A stretch of 63,533 nucleotides of DNA, filler included, from Atractiella rhizophila (GCA_021432655.1; 3 parts of 2 records of this genome joined end to end with filler, not necessarily neighbours in it); one strand, 5' to 3'. Positions 22,898-36,924 are shown, numbered from the whole stretch's first letter. Notes: a model not told the origin generated them from the sequence alone. A program made the numbers and translations.

Positions 22898-24790
22898 ATG
22901 CAGAGGAAGCGGCTCCCACATTCATCTTCGGTGATGGCACCGACACTTTCTTGCGTATACGAGAATGTAGGAAGTCGGTCAGAGCCATGGATGAACTTAT
23001 TCAATCGCTATCTCACATTGCTAACCTCCCGGATCAGTAGTTCGACACTTGCAGATTCACTTGACGACATTTTCATTGGATTCTTTCTTCTGCAGATGCA
23101 TAAGGAAGCTTGTGCCTGGGGAAAATTAGCCAGCGATGCTTACCGTGCCTCTGATTCCCCTAACTCGGCGGGTCATTCTCGTTTGTTGCATAACTTGGGA
23201 AGCGTTTATGAGTATTTGGGAGATCAAGCATCTGCACTGAAAGCTCGAGTGGAATGTATCGAGATCGAAATCAAACGGCAACTGGTCCTTCAAGCGGAAG
23301 AAGCGAGAGATTCTACCCAGCGGCGGTTGCATCTCCAGGGTCTCGCAGAGTCGCTAAATAATCTCTCCGCATCTCTTAATGACGAACCTTCAAAACTGCT
23401 TGGTCTCCTTGAAGAGAGCCTTGCACATAGGAGAATTTGTTTGACCAGTCATGAAGGCTTCTCGATCGATGCTGTTGAAAAGGCGCTCGTACCATTGAGA
23501 AACTTGGCTATCCGTTTTATCACTGACTCGGAGAATGTGCAGCGCTTCACATCCCTGCTTATAGAGCATTCAACATTTTTTGAGCGACTTCTTCTGACCT
23601 TGAATTCTCAGTCAGACGTGCCAAAAAGCCACCTGGGTTACATTTGGGGATATTTTGGCGATGCGATGGGAATTGCTTACCATAACGGAAAGCAAAAGAA
23701 GGACAATGCAGTAGAAACGTTTTACGAGCTCTCTTGCTCCGCGTACCGTCGATCGTCGGAGTTGTTGAATCTCATGTTGACTTCAGCCTCTCCTATTGAA
23801 GGGCCTCATCGTGCGATGGCCGCCAAACATCTCTGGGATTATTCCCAAAGATTTGTGCGCCTTTTGTTACGCCATCGAGAGTTCCAATCGTGTGTTGTTG
23901 AGGTTGATAAGGCCCTGGACATTGCCAAAACTCATCTCAAAGGCGACTGGAAAGTTGCTGCCTCTGCACATCGGATAATGTCATGGAAACTGGAATGTCT
24001 GTATGAGCTTAACTGGCCTCTTCTACGAGAGAAGATATACGACAAGTCGCTTACAGAGGACGATCCTGAATTGGAATGGCTAACAAGCCCGTGTTTGTCC
24101 TTTGGGTTCGAATTTCTGCCAGCTCTCCAACTTCCAGAACCCAAAATTGTCCACATCACCACCCGGGAGGAATTGGTGAACCAGAAAGAACAATTTGATG
24201 ATTTGACCTCTTTCTATTTCGCTCACATCGGATACTATGGTCGAATGAACGTGCACATCCTTGCTGTTCCGTACTGTGAGATGATCGTGCATGGTTTTCA
24301 GGATAGCATCGCCCAAATAGAGGCGCTGAAACCTTTGACGGAATATGATCTGCTCATTCTTCGACACACCAAGACAGCGATGGCCTATGCCCAACGGTAC
24401 GCTGCCATCGCCCACACTTTGTTCCGCAATCTTGACGACGCCGAAACCTTTGTCAACGCTGCCATCACAAGCGAATTCGAATACGAACCCACAATCGGCC
24501 TCGTGTCTGCGTACCATATACGCTCAGCTGTACTCTCACGTCGTGGTCAGAACGAAGAAGCTGGCGAGTGGCTGCAGAAGTGTTTGGACATGATGGAAAG
24601 GACGGTTGGAGTCGAAGGTCCTTCAGGTCAACTTGATGACCTTTATCGGACTGTCCTGCAGATCGTACAGGACGACGCCACAAAGCTCCAAAGGAAAGAT
24701 ATCGCTCAGCGCACGCTGGAGCGAGCGACTGAGAAGGGTTGGACCTTGTCGATCACGGGTAAACCTGCCTTCTTCCTTGCTGATGGTTAA
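22898..24790 (+). CDS. TPR-like alpha-helical repeat protein (5' exons uncertain)
   Basis: 630-aa open frame with TPR-like segments (SRLLHNLGSVYEYLGDQASALKAR, GLAESLNNLSASL, SAYHIRSAVLSRRGQNEEAGEWLQKCLDM). Possible upstream exon with a GTGAGT donor near 22746. Confidence 0.6.
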   Translation: MQRKRLPHSSSVMAPTLSCVYENVGSRSEPWMNLFNRYLTLLTSRISSSTLADSLDDIFIGFFLLQMHKEACAWGKLASDAYRASDSPNSAGHSRLLHNLGSVYEYLGDQASALKARVECIEIEIKRQLVLQAEEARDSTQRRLHLQGLAESLNNLSASLNDEPSKLLGLLEESLAHRRICLTSHEGFSIDAVEKALVPLRNLAIRFITDSENVQRFTSLLIEHSTFFERLLLTLNSQSDVPKSHLGYIWGYFGDAMGIAYHNGKQKKDNAVETFYELSCSAYRRSSELLNLMLTSASPIEGPHRAMAAKHLWDYSQRFVRLLLRHREFQSCVVEVDKALDIAKTHLKGDWKVAASAHRIMSWKLECLYELNWPLLREKIYDKSLTEDDPELEWLTSPCLSFGFEFLPALQLPEPKIVHITTREELVNQKEQFDDLTSFYFAHIGYYGRMNVHILAVPYCEMIVHGFQDSIAQIEALKPLTEYDLLILRHTKTAMAYAQRYAAIAHTLFRNLDDAETFVNAAITSEFEYEPTIGLVSAYHIRSAVLSRRGQNEEAGEWLQKCLDMMERTVGVEGPSGQLDDLYRTVLQIVQDDATKLQRKDIAQRTLERATEKGWTLSITGKPAFFLADG

Positions 24791-26226
24791 ATTATTATTT
24801 CTTCTATTATACCATTCTCAGTCCACGTTTCGGTGCTCATCACTTCTCATTCATATTTATGACAATCCGCAATTGTCGATGTACCACTCATTTCATGTCA
24901 TAAAATGTAATGTTGCATCCCATTCTCGCAATGACCTAGGGGAGTCCGTAAACTAGATACGAGTAACCAGCCTATGAAGATACAAAGTTGCCTTCATTGC
25001 ATCCAATGCACGCTTTATGTACAAAATAAAGGAGAATCTCGACATTTCCGACTCTTTAGAAGGCAGTTCCAAGCTCGTAACCAAAGAATCATTCCTCTGA
25101 TAAGGAGGGAGCACACTCTGCAAGCATCGATGATGGAGACACAACTACTGGGATCGTTGGAGTTCGGTATTGAGAAGAAGTCGGTTGCTCAATGTGGCCT
25201 ATTCTCACAGGCAGACGAGTGGTTTCTGGATGTTCGACACCACACCCTCTGCGTTTTCGTTATTTTTGGAAGGAGAGTCTAGAATGGGACAGTTGGAATG
25301 ACACAATATTATGCTATAAATTTTTCATCTTTTACATGTACAGGATCGCCGCTTCTGCTCTGTGTCTCGTATGCACAAATTAATGATGAGATATTTTGCA
25401 AGGCTGTACCAGGAAGACAACACTTCGTGAAGAGAGTCGCTCTCCTGGTTTGTCTCCTTCTTTCAACCCGGCAAAGGAGAAACATTCAACTCCTTGCAAT
25501 TGGCTTTTACAGAAGAGTTACCTCTGCTGTCTTTCAACTGTAAAAGCATATTGCGACGTTGACCATTTCACAGANNNNNNNNNNNNNNNNNNNNNNNNNN
25601 NNNNNNNNNNNNNNNNNNNNNNNNNNNNNNNNNNNNNNNNNNNNNNNNNNNNNNNNNNNNNNNNNNNNNNNNNNNNNNNNNNNNNNNNNNNNNNNNNNNN
25701 NNNNTCAATCTCAGAATAAAGATATTAGCGGAGTCACTGGATCACATCGATTTCACTCTCATCATCTGTCCAAAACGACGCAAAATCTGTTCTTCCCCCT
25801 TCCTCATCATCCCACTGATAACATCCCCCATCCTAAAGGAAGAAGGACGAAACCACCATCTGGGCGTTGAGACGGTGTCGAGGTAAGTTGGCTAAGAGAC
25901 AGAGTTTAGAAGGATGGGCACCGATGGGCGTCTGGGGGCCAATCGGAGCGGAGTGTGAAGTGCTGAGATGCTCTGATTGGTCCTCCAACCGCTCGGGGGA
26001 ATCCGGTCCCGCGTTTGTTGGGGCTTTGAAATCCCGGAAATCTGATAAAAACGTCCATCAGCTCGTTCCCCATCCTCCCCAGTGATAGTCATTCTGACAG
26101 TGGTCCCTCAGTGATTTCTTTGCTGATTGGCAGAGCATTTTTTTATCTAGAGCTTCATAAACGACGCATTCTTTCATCGCTTTATAACTATCGTCATAAC
26201 TCCCTTCGTAATCAGCACGCCTCAAA

Positions 26227-28592
26227 ATGGAGACCGTCCTCGTCCTCGGTGCTTCCTACTCTGGTCAGCCTTCCTTCTTGTCCATTCCCTTTGACGATGA
26301 TTGACGACTTCCATGACGGCGGATGGACAGGAGCCCGGTGCGCCGAGCTGCTCTCGCAGTCCCTCCCGCCGACACACCGAGTGCTGCTCATCGACCGCCA
26401 GACTCACTTCAACCGTACGTTTACGTTTCCTTACTCCCTCTCGCCTTACACACATATACGGAGAGCAGACGTGTACATCTTCCCTCGCCTCTCCGTCCTC
26501 CCCAACCACTCCCACAAGGCTTTCGTTCCCTACTCCCGTCTCCTTTCTCCACGCGCCTCCCAATCCACCATCCCTATCCCTGCCGTACCTCCTCCGCCGC
26601 CAATTGATGCTGACGTCAAAAGATCAGAGTTGGAGGACGAGGAGGAGAGGATGACGTCGACGCCGAACACGACGGGGCATGAGGTTCCATTGCTGAGGTT
26701 GAGGCATGGAGAGCTCGTCAGGCTTCTAAAGAAGAAGAAGGGAGGTGGTGCTAAGGGTTTGGATAGAAAGAGGGTATGGGAGTGGACGGACGACTCTACC
26801 ACTCCCCTCATCTCTTCTTCCACACTCTCCTTCCCCAACCTCATTCCCATCAGAAAGGAAAAGAAGGAAGAGGAGGAAGTTCCAAAGGTCAAGATCACCC
26901 ACACTTCTTCCTCTTGTACAGGAAACTGCGCTGGTTGCCCTTGTTCTTCGAATCCGAACCCTCCACTCCCATCCACACCAACAGGGAACAGCATCGGTTT
27001 ACCGACCGAGAAAATCGCTAGCGGCGCGGTGGAATCGTCTATAGATGAGGAAGTCACCCTCACTTCTTTTTCTTCCTCCGCTGGGACCACACTGCGGACT
27101 AGTTCCAGCTCATCCTCGCTTTCTTCTCTCTCCTCAACCTCAGCCATCTTCTCATCCTCCTCCCTCCTCCCTGATCCCTCCGAAACCTCTCAGTCCACAG
27201 CTCCCTCCTCTCCTAGGCATTCGTCATCCTCGACCTTCTCGAGGAAGAGCACGGAATCTTTCATTGCTCCACAATCCCCCACGTCCAGTACGGTCCATCC
27301 TGCGTTGTGGGAGGAGAATAAGGAACATGCACTGCTCAGAGCAAATATTGTCAAGTTGGGCACGAAGAGCGTGGTGTTGGAGCTGTTACCAGACGGAGAG
27401 AGGGTTGAAATTGCGTTCTCACATTGCGTATTAGTACGTCCCTCTCCTTTCTAATAAGACACCCGCTCATCAACCTTCATGAAAAGGCCCTGGGCTCAAC
27501 TCTCCCACCTGTCCTCGTCCCTCCACCAGGCACAACGACGAAGCCAGCGTTGATAGACTTCCTTAATGCTCAACACCTCGATATCCAACGAGCTCGGAAT
27601 GTTTTGGTCGTCGGAGGTGGTGCGGCGGGCATTCAGTATGCGAGCGATATCAAGGATGCGTGGCCGGAGAAGAAGGTGACGATGGTCCATAGTCGCATGA
27701 GGGTCCTGCCGGAGTTTGAGAGGGAGGTTCATGATATTGTACGTCCCTTTCGCAGAAGTCAGAGTGGAAACTGAAATGTGCCTTGTTTTGTGCGTGGGCG
27801 AGTAGACGATGCAGAGGTTGGAAGAGTTGGGAGTGGAGGTCGTGTTGGGAGAGAGGGTCACGATACCTTCAGATGGGGAGCGAAAGCCTCAGAGGGGAGA
27901 GAAAAGGACGTACGTGACTTCTAAAGGTCGAGAGATCAAAGATGTCGATCTACTGGTTCGTCTTCCACTTTCTCAAGCACCTACCTACTCCGTACGTCGT
28001 CCTGACTGACAACTTAGCTGCTCTGTACTGGTCAAAGACCGAACTCCACCCTAATCCGCTCTTCCTTCCCATCCTCCGTCAACGACTCTGGGTACGTTAA
28101 GGTCAATCGACACATGCAACTCGTGGACGCAGAGGGAAGCGTGCTTGGTGGTGGAAAGGTGTGGGCGGTAGGAGACGTGGTGGATGGGTTCGGAGCTATC
28201 AAGGCGGGACACACCGGTGCGTTGTCTTTTCCCTCCACTCCCTATTGAGAGAGAAAGGAAACTGATGATCTCCCCTTGTGTGATTAGGCTGGAACCAAGC
28301 GACGATCTGCGCACAAAACATCCTTCGTCTCCTCCAAAACCCTCCAGCGCAATCACAACAGCGATCCAAACCCGCTCTCCAATCATACTATCCCGGCGTA
28401 CCCATGATCCGTCTCACGCTCGGCCTACGACATTCTGTCAGCCAAATCGCCGTCGATGGTGGCGTCGAGGTCAAGGTGACGGTGTTGGATGAGCCGAAGG
28501 AGGGAGAGAAGGAGGATACGGGATGTTGGAGGGCTATTTGGAGGAGGATGGGATGGAAGGAGGGCGAGGAGGATGGGGATGCTTGGATTTGA
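26227..28592 (+). CDS. AIF/AMID (AIFM2/FSP1-like) FAD/NAD(P)H oxidoreductase, multi-exon
   Basis: METVLVLGASYS|GARCAELL, RVLLIDRQTHFN, VYIFPRLSV...KAFVPYS, NVLVVGGGAAGIQYASDIK, LCTGQRPNS, WAVGDVVDGFGAIKAGHTG|WNQA. Separated by short GT..AG introns. Confidence 0.85.
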
Positions 28593-29779
28593 GCCTTTCT
28601 CCTCTGAAGCGCTGGCAGTCACAGTAAGGTAGTCGGAGAAGGAAGTAGAGTGAAAGGATAGATGTTTTGAGCATCGATCATTCATGTCGTCGCCCGCTGG
28701 CGCTAGATACGTACACTTTCAATGACCATAGTTTCTTTTCTCTCTCCTCATCCTTTATATTGACCGAGGTCAAAGGCTCTCTCATCGGGCTTGCCGACGC
28801 GAGTCGTCACCAATGGCAAGTCACTGTGTGCGGAACGGATGAGACGGAGTGACGCGCACAACCTGCTCTAATCTAAGTCGGATGTCATGAAAACCAACTT
28901 GAACTCGAAGGTCTTTGTTGAGAACCACCAGGGTCATTTCAACATCACATTTCAAGACCCAGAGCTGTCTAAAACGGCTACGCTGAGGAAGACACTCGAT
29001 AATGGAATGCTGGTCTGCGCAAACCATGGTTATATGTTCGATTTCGCTCACGGTCGCTCAGTTGGGACTGAGTCAAAGAAGAGCTATAGGGAGAGAAGAG
29101 TGAGTTTTGTCAAGGGGCCACAAGCTGTTTAGAAGTATACATTTCCGTAAAGCGTATCGTCCCAAAACAAGCTCATAGCTTCATCAATTTTATCGTGCAC
29201 CGCAGTTAATCGACTGCTCTGTTCTGTCATGAGCCTCCTTTGCGGATGGCACGAAACTATACGCACGCTCTAAATACGTTTATTTGCTGAGAGACACAAT
29301 GAAGTTTGAGGTATTTGATCATTTCATAACAACTAAACGCAGAACTGGTCGATAGGAACTAGAGTATTGCTGGACACCAGAAAATCATCATGGAGGCTTG
29401 ATAAGTGGCAAGCGGTAACGAGGAATAGGATATACAACAACGTTCTTTCTTCTGAGGCTTGAGAGCTTGGCGGTTGAGGATCTGAGGAGTAAAATATGAA
29501 CCAAAAGAAAAAAGAATATACATATGAGAAATGGAGGAGCGAAGTTGAGACGACGTAAAATTTGGACTTTGTCGTTGCGTTTTTGGTGTCGTTGTGGTGA
29601 CTCTTGGATAACTGAGGATTTGTACGTCGGGATGGGATGAGATGAGGAGTGATTATGCGGTTCGAGGAATGAAGGCACGAATGAAAGTAACAGAAAACCA
29701 AAATAGACATGTATGAGGTCTACCATCTTCCAATCGATCAGACTTTCAGTCATCATCCCCAACAAAAGAAATAGCAGAC

Positions 29780-32003
29780 CTAGATCCCCTCAATCCCTAA
29801 TCCCCTTTCTCCGCCGTGGCCAGCCATGAGCCTCTGCATCCTCTCACCCGCTCGCCCACTAGCTCTTCCACCCCCAACCGGACTTCCGAGAGCTCGATTG
29901 TTCACCAAGTTCCTCTTGGACGGGCTAGAATGATGCATCATCATCGTCGGAGTTGCCATCACGCTTCCAGCACCAGGAGTATACAAGCCTGGCTCAGCCC
30001 ACCACCCCATTTTCTGGGTCCCAGTCATCGGCGGCGTCCAAGGAAGTCCACGGACGCCCGCTCCCCTCGAAGGTGTCTCATTCGCGTTCCAATGCGCAAT
30101 CGCCTCCCCTTCCATGGCCCTGTACTCCTCAATCGTTGGCCGGCCAGGGGTCCACATCGGATTGCTAACAGTAGGCGGCTTTCCGTACGGCTCATTGATG
30201 ACGGGGACGCCACCGACCATTTTCAGTGCTGCTGAGCTCCTACGTAGACCTTGCACGGAAGCAGAAGGGGTTTGGTCGTAGAATGGATCCTTGGTGTAGA
30301 CCTGTGGAGGAGTGACCGGTCGGTACTCTGTGTCGATTCGCGGAGTGGTCGGCCCACGACGATAGGCAAAGGCTGAGGTGGGAGTGGGAGTGGGAGGAAG
30401 AGAATGAGTCGGAGGTCGTGGACGCGCTTTGGGACGGAGACCGCCGGAGCAACGGAAGCAGTACCATTCGTCGCCGAGCTCTTCTGCGTCTGAGAATCCG
30501 AGACAAGAGAGGTGGAACCAGACGTGACAAGCGTCGCATTGCACCATGCCTGTCCATTAACGAACGGTAAGGTCAGTAAAAGGATCATACTACAGTGAGA
30601 GAACGAGGGAGGCATACATTCGCCATCGTCTCCACGAGAACAGACGCAGCTATCATCCACCGGTCCGGTCTTCTTTCGCCTCCTCATCGCACCATCTGCC
30701 TTTGCTGGCGACTCCCCTGGACTTGACTCCGGTTCTTCAACCCCCTCCTCCTTTTCCTCGGGCTCTTCGTCTCCTCCTCCGCCTTCCTTGCATCCATCTT
30801 CTGCTTTTTGACCCTTAACAAGGTGACGAGTCCCCTTCCGCCGATAGCGACTTCGTCCTTGGATTCGATGTATGGATTGTCATCCTCGACGACGCTCATG
30901 CCATCGTTCGCAAAGGACGCAGTAGGTTGGAGCGTGAGCGGGGGCGGAAACTTCTCGTCTGCGCTCGAAGATTCGTCCATGAGCCAATCCTCGATCCTCC
31001 TCTTCCTTTCTCGGGACGCTATGTCGTCCTTCCAACCCTTTTTGCCACCAATTCCCTCATACTCCCACTCGTAGAGTTCTCCACCACCAAGAGGTTTGAC
31101 CGGGACCTGAGAAGGATGAGGATCGGGTTCGTCAATTGGCCAACCCATAGCAAGGAGATAGTCGCGGGAGACAATACAGCGTCCCATGCTGCTCAACTCT
31201 GCTTTCACGACCTTGACATCTGCATGTTCTCCTTCTCTCTTCTCTTCAAAAGCCTTCAACCACCTCTGAACTCCTCTCCTCCTCTCTTCTTCCCGCTTCC
31301 TCCTCATGTCCTCCTCATTCCCATTCCCGGCGGCAGAAGAAGAAGGAACAGACGGAAATCCATCCTCCTCTCCCACCGCCACTCCGCCCTCGTAGGTCCA
31401 CACCACCCGTTCCTCTCTCTCTCCCACCTCCACCCTTGCCCGACCACTGTCATCCAACTCACACACAAACCCCCTCTTCATCCTAGGACCCTTCCAATCT
31501 TTCATCTTCGGAACGACTTTCTCACCCTCCACTTTCTCTCCCGAAAGCGAGACATCAAGACAACGTCCCTTCGCAGGTGAGAGGAGCACAGACACCTCTG
31601 GCACCGGCATTGGCTGCGGTGGATCTCCGGAGGTCATAGCGTTTCCGATCTTTTCGTCGTTTTGAGAGTAAGCCTGAGGGGACGGTGGGGGGTCCTCTGC
31701 GTCCGCCGGCGGAGGGAGGAGCGACTTTTTCTTTTGTTGTTGGCGTTTCGGCTTCGGCTTCGTCTTGGTCTTTGAACGGGACGCGGATCCTTTGCGGACC
31801 ACTTTGAACATGTCCGTGAGACGAGTTTGGGAGGGATCGTGCTCGTCGATGGCCGGAGCTGGAGAGGGTGAAGGCTCCGGAGTCAAGTCTGGGGACATTG
31901 CGTGGTCGTTTGAAGGCGTGGGCGAGGTTGAGAGGGACGAAGCGGATGAGAGGAAGCTAGGTAGAAGGTGGGTCAACTTTTCTTGTTGGTTGTACATCTC
32001 CAA
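29780..32003 (-). CDS. PHD-finger protein with long disordered regions
   Basis: Cys4-His-Cys3 finger CVC...|MVQCDACHVWFHLSCLG...WYCFRC, split by an intron near 30555-30618. A frame change near 30690-30800 is needed to join the upstream 439-aa ORF (indel or unrecognised intron). Confidence 0.7.
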
Positions 32004-34604
32004 TGCGAATGAAATGGCTGGATAAAGAGAGTGGCAAATTGATATGATGTGAGAGGTAACGGGGGGATATCAATGCTTTTAGAGCCCAGCATCGAAATAA
32101 CGACCGCCGTTACTTGATTGCTAGCCAACGTCCGCCAGTTAAACGGGAAAGCTGGACACTCACCTGGACTTCACACTTGCCTACAGGGTAACTGTAGAGC
32201 CAATCCCAGCGCTGAGCTACGAAGAATCAAGAGCGGTGATGGTCGTAGAGCGCAGGCAAAACTGAGTGATGGTCCAAGTTGATGAAGACAAAGGGGAGCA
32301 CTCACTTTTAGGGTTCGAGCACGCCGAACCTTAGCCAACAACGCGACCAATGCGAACAGACGAAGTGGATGCAGTTTAGCTGGGACTGTGGTACATATTG
32401 CATGGAAACAGAAGCAGAGTGTTTTTGTAATCTGGGAGGGTATTGGCATGGGTTGGCACGAATGAGACAGGTGAGAGCTTCGAAAAACGCGTCGAAAGTG
32501 GTGGCATCTTCCAAACTCCATTGCCTTGGGATTCATGTTGACGTTTGACCTCCATTGGCATGTCAGAGAATGTAGAAGCACAATCAGTGAGGGATGAGAC
32601 AACCCAGGGACAGCAATGTTTAACTTGTTTTACATTGGCATGGGTAAAACTGCAAAAGCACATTTGGCTCACTCGACGAACATTCAGCAGATTGGTCGAA
32701 CAAATCCAATGTAGCCCAAGATTGGGATGTCACTTGTAAGATATTTCATATGAGAAAGCTTCAGGCATGGGAGAGTGCCTAGCAGTTTTCGCCACACAGA
32801 ACTATTTCTTTCCACTACTGAGGACGTCTATTTGTTTGAAGGAGGTTTCCTTCCGCGCCAGGCACTTTTCGAAAACTGGGAAGCCTGGATCGGACGGCCG
32901 AAAGATTTATGTGTGGTATAGGAGAAATAAGAGGGGAACCATTGAATTTACAGGAATTGTGCACTTCCCCATTACATTGAAGTTGAAGAAGCCTATGCTT
33001 GGCGAGATCCTTCCTCGACAATTGGAACGCTGAGCCCAAAGGTGTGTCAAGCCATCCGTTATTTCCTCTGGAGAGAGACAAATTTCGAAGGTGTATCCAA
33101 TGATCTCGAGATATTGAACATGCTTGTTGAGTTGACCTTGATAGTTCGTGTGAAGGTGGACTGTTGCCAACGGATGCAAAGTGGCCAGACTTGTCCTTCC
33201 TCCCTTTGTTGTTGTGAGATCTGATCACTGAAGAAAGAAGGGCAGTGCCATGGAGGCGTCGATTACCCTCATGAAGTGATGACCGTCGGAAGTATCTGTT
33301 TCAGTCTCTTCGCGACTGGAGGAGCCATCGCCTCCAGTTCTCTCTCTTGTAAGTTGCGAAGCTACCTGCTTGTGCCTCCACGAGGCTGCAGTCAAGATGA
33401 CAGGATGATCTAAACATAATACGGCGCAGGGACCCTATGGTCCAAGACAGTCAGTAGTGATCCCAAGGTTCTGCATGTGACACCAATCTGTATGCAGGCA
33501 GGGAACCTTTGTTCCCTCGTCACAGTTATTGCCATTCTGCAACTGAGCTTACTTGACCTCATGAGTTGAGACTGTCGCAAGATCGGAACACATGTCTGCT
33601 TTCTGACACATCGGAGAATGTTCCTTCGACTTTATCTTTCTGATGCCATTCAAATAAGTGAGAACTTTGAGACCTGCGTCGCGGCAAGCCCTGAAAGGCA
33701 CTGTCATCAAGTTTACAGGAACAAGCAACGTTTTCCACCAAGTTGCTTAAGTTCTTCCGTGCCCTTTCCATTCTATCTGATCATATGCGTTACCGAACGC
33801 AATTCAGAAGTAAGAAACTTTGTGGAATCATTTGTCGTGTTGTTTCCTTGTCTCTTCTGCAGAACACAGTAGGTTTGAACCTTCCTTGTTCCCTCGTGGC
33901 CACCTCGTGGCATTTCTGTCACTTTTGAAGTGCGGAAGGTCTTGTGAAAAGGCTCGAGCGTTGAATCCAAGAGCTAACTTGTCTCCTTGCGTGCTTCGCT
34001 TCTGTTGAAAATCGGCGGAACCCAAGTGGAAGCAGAGTCCATTCCACTCAGGATCAATGAGCTCAATCGCCAAGTTGAATCGAACAACTTTCCATTTGAC
34101 TGGATGTGCTTATCTCCAGCCAAACAACCACACACAAATTCAGGTTGCTCATCAATCCTTTGTTCCCAAATCATTAGTTTCAGGACAGTCATTACGCAGT
34201 TACCCCACCAGGTTCAAAAGGTCGCCTCGCCCTTTCCTTCCTTCTTTCTCCGGCCAGCTTCTCACGAAGTCAGGAGCATTCTATCTTTGTCTCTCCCCTC
34301 CCCGAGAGTCCGTGCAACTTTGGACACAAAGGGATCTGGTCAACTCAAAAGCTTAAAATCCCAATTCGTATCCTTGCTCAAAAATCGTTTAGGTCACCCC
34401 TTGTTTCTTTGATTGATTTCCCTCAGCCTGGGTCTCCAATCTCAGTGCAGGTCAACTCTGATTGATTTGGAGGCATAAGGGCTTGCCACGCTCGCGACTG
34501 AAGCTTCTTTCTGATCATCCATAAAAGGGCTCCTTCGACACCAGCCGAAGAACAAGCGCTCTCCATCCTGTAGCTGCCTCATTTGTTTGTTTACCGTTGT
34601 AAAC

Positions 34605-36924
34605 ATGATTCCCGGTTTCAGTCTAGCTTATATCTGGATTCTCTTTTCATTGTGAGCTATCTCCTCTTAGCGTCTAACGATTTTCGCTGATTTAGACCAA
34701 TGTTAGAACGTGGGCTTTACCAAAGCCTCGATCAATAAATGTGGATCGCATCACTGCAAATTGGTTTCGCGCTCCAGCAAACACCTCCACTTCTCTCTCC
34801 AGGCTCGTCTCTTCCGACGCCGTCCAACGTGACACCGATCCATATGCATCTGCACCCAACATTACCCTGCAAACGCCTCTGGGTCAGCTTGTAGGAAAGG
34901 CTGGACCGAGCGGTTATAGGTGCGCATACCCGTCGTCCTTCGCTTTTTCTCAATGACGAGGACAGCCGCAGGTTTACGATTCGATATGCGCAACCTCCTG
35001 TTGGGCAACTCAGGTTTGCGGATCCTGTCGCAGTTACAAACTGGAACGGAATGTGAGCTCAACCATGTCGAATCCACCGGCGGAGTACTGACGAAGGACT
35101 CTTAGGCTTGATGGAACAGCTCTGCCTAATGCATGCCCTCAGGATAACTTTTTCAACCCTTCCCTGCCGAGTACAAACGAAGACTGTTTATTCCTTACGT
35201 GCGTTGAGCTACTATCGATTAATTCGCGATCCCGATCAATTGTCTATTAGGGTATACGTGCCACAAACTCAGGTTCTTCCTCGTCCATCAGGCGGCGCTA
35301 CAGTCCCAGTCCTCGTGTGGTGAGTTCTGTTCCTCACCTGGTTGTCATGCCATGACTAACATTCCCTTCACGAAGGATCCATGGTGGCTCCTACGCCAGT
35401 GGAGGTATCGCTTTGCCAGGATTGGACGGCACCAAACTCGCCAACCAAGGGGCCATCGTCGTCGTCATCCAGTACAGATTAGGCATGCTCGGTTTCCTAC
35501 GATCGAGCAAACTTGGATTGCAAGGCAACTATGGGACGAAAGATGTCCAACTGGCTCTGAGTACGTTTAATGCTCTATCCTCGCCTAGTTACAATGCTGA
35601 TGATGCGCCTTTTTCACAGAATGGGTGAAAAATAACATTGCTTCCTTCGGCGGCGGAACGATCACTATCGCGGGCCAATCGAGCGGAGCATCGATGGTGA
35701 AAACCCAACTCACTGCCATCTTCGGACTCCCTCTTCAGCCAATTCATCTCTCACTCCGGTCCCATTGACTTCCCAGACCAGACTCCAGCCATCGGAGACT
35801 ATGTTGGCGACCTGTCCCTGAGTCAGCTCAATTGCTCGACTGTTGCATGCTTGAGGAGCAAGGGTGTCAGCGATATAATTGATGCTCAGAACGGAGTGAT
35901 TGTCGACGCTCACTCTCTCAACGCTGCCGTATCGACTGGTCAAGTCTACTCTCCTGTTGTCGACGGGACATTCGTCAAGATGGACTTCCAAAAAGCGATG
36001 AACGGACAGAATGGAGGTTTGACAAGGAAGGACAGGAAAGGGATATTCACTAATGTTGCGCATGAAGGTGTGTCATTCATGTTACCTTCTGTAGACAGCA
36101 AGAGCTGAAAGCATGAGTACAGAATGCGCCCTTATCGAAGGCTCCATCAGCCCGACTCCAATCCCTACATCCGAATTCAACGGGCTTGTACAACTATTCA
36201 TGGCTCCTCCTCAGTACCGATCGGATAACATTCTTGCGACTGGGGTGTATGATCCTGCCTCAGCCCCAGCTTATAGGACCAACAACGATGGGACAAGGCT
36301 TGCGCTAAATGATGTACGCTTTACTTTGCCATAGCCCCAGTTTTGTTGATATTCGGCTGCAGCTTGGGACGGATTATAACTTCCGCTGCATAGCTCAACA
36401 GGCAACAATCAATCTCACTGCTTCAAAACAAGGGACATTTTGGGTCGCACAGTTCAATGGTATTGTTTCTTCATCGCGTCGCTCGTGCCAGGCTAATGAA
36501 GAGGAACAGTCGGAATCCCATATCCTAACACTGGTTCTGCGTTCTGTGACACAAAAGTGCGCTGACTCTTACACTTTTAACCCAGGCATTTTCTAACTAC
36601 ATCTGCCAACAGGTCGCGCATCAAGACGACATCCCACTCGTTTTCTCCTCTGGGCCGGTCTACGCTTCTACCACTGCCCAACAAAAGGTAGCTGCTGAGA
36701 TCCCCAAACGCTGGATATCATTCATCAAAAGTGGAAATCCCAACACCGCAGGTTCTGCGACTTGGAATCCGGCTGTCAGTTCAAGCAATCTCAACTTGCT
36801 TCTCGTTGGAGGAGCAACCGCAAGCGGGACGAGTGAAGTGGTTCAGACTTTCAGGGCGGATACTTGCCAGCCCAACTATTGGGGAAGCACCGGGATTCCC
36901 TTTGATTCGCAGATTTATACTTGA
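34605..36924 (+). CDS. Secreted type-B carboxylesterase/lipase, multi-exon
   Basis: Hydrophobic N-terminus (MIPGFSLAYIWILFS), RYAQPPVGQLRFADP, NEDCLFL, VPVLVW|IHGGSY, QYRLGMLGFL, GNYGTKDVQLAL, NIASFGG...AGQSSGA nucleophile elbow, AHQDDIPLVF, WISFIKSGNPN. Confidence 0.9.

Noticed and set aside
24800..25574. Possible second TPR-like gene fragment
   Set aside because: Only short broken ORFs with no convincing motif, truncated by a gap.
32170..34420. Cluster of short ORFs, possibly a decayed gene or transposon
   Set aside because: No recognisable motif, TIR or consistent exon chain, so no call can be supported.
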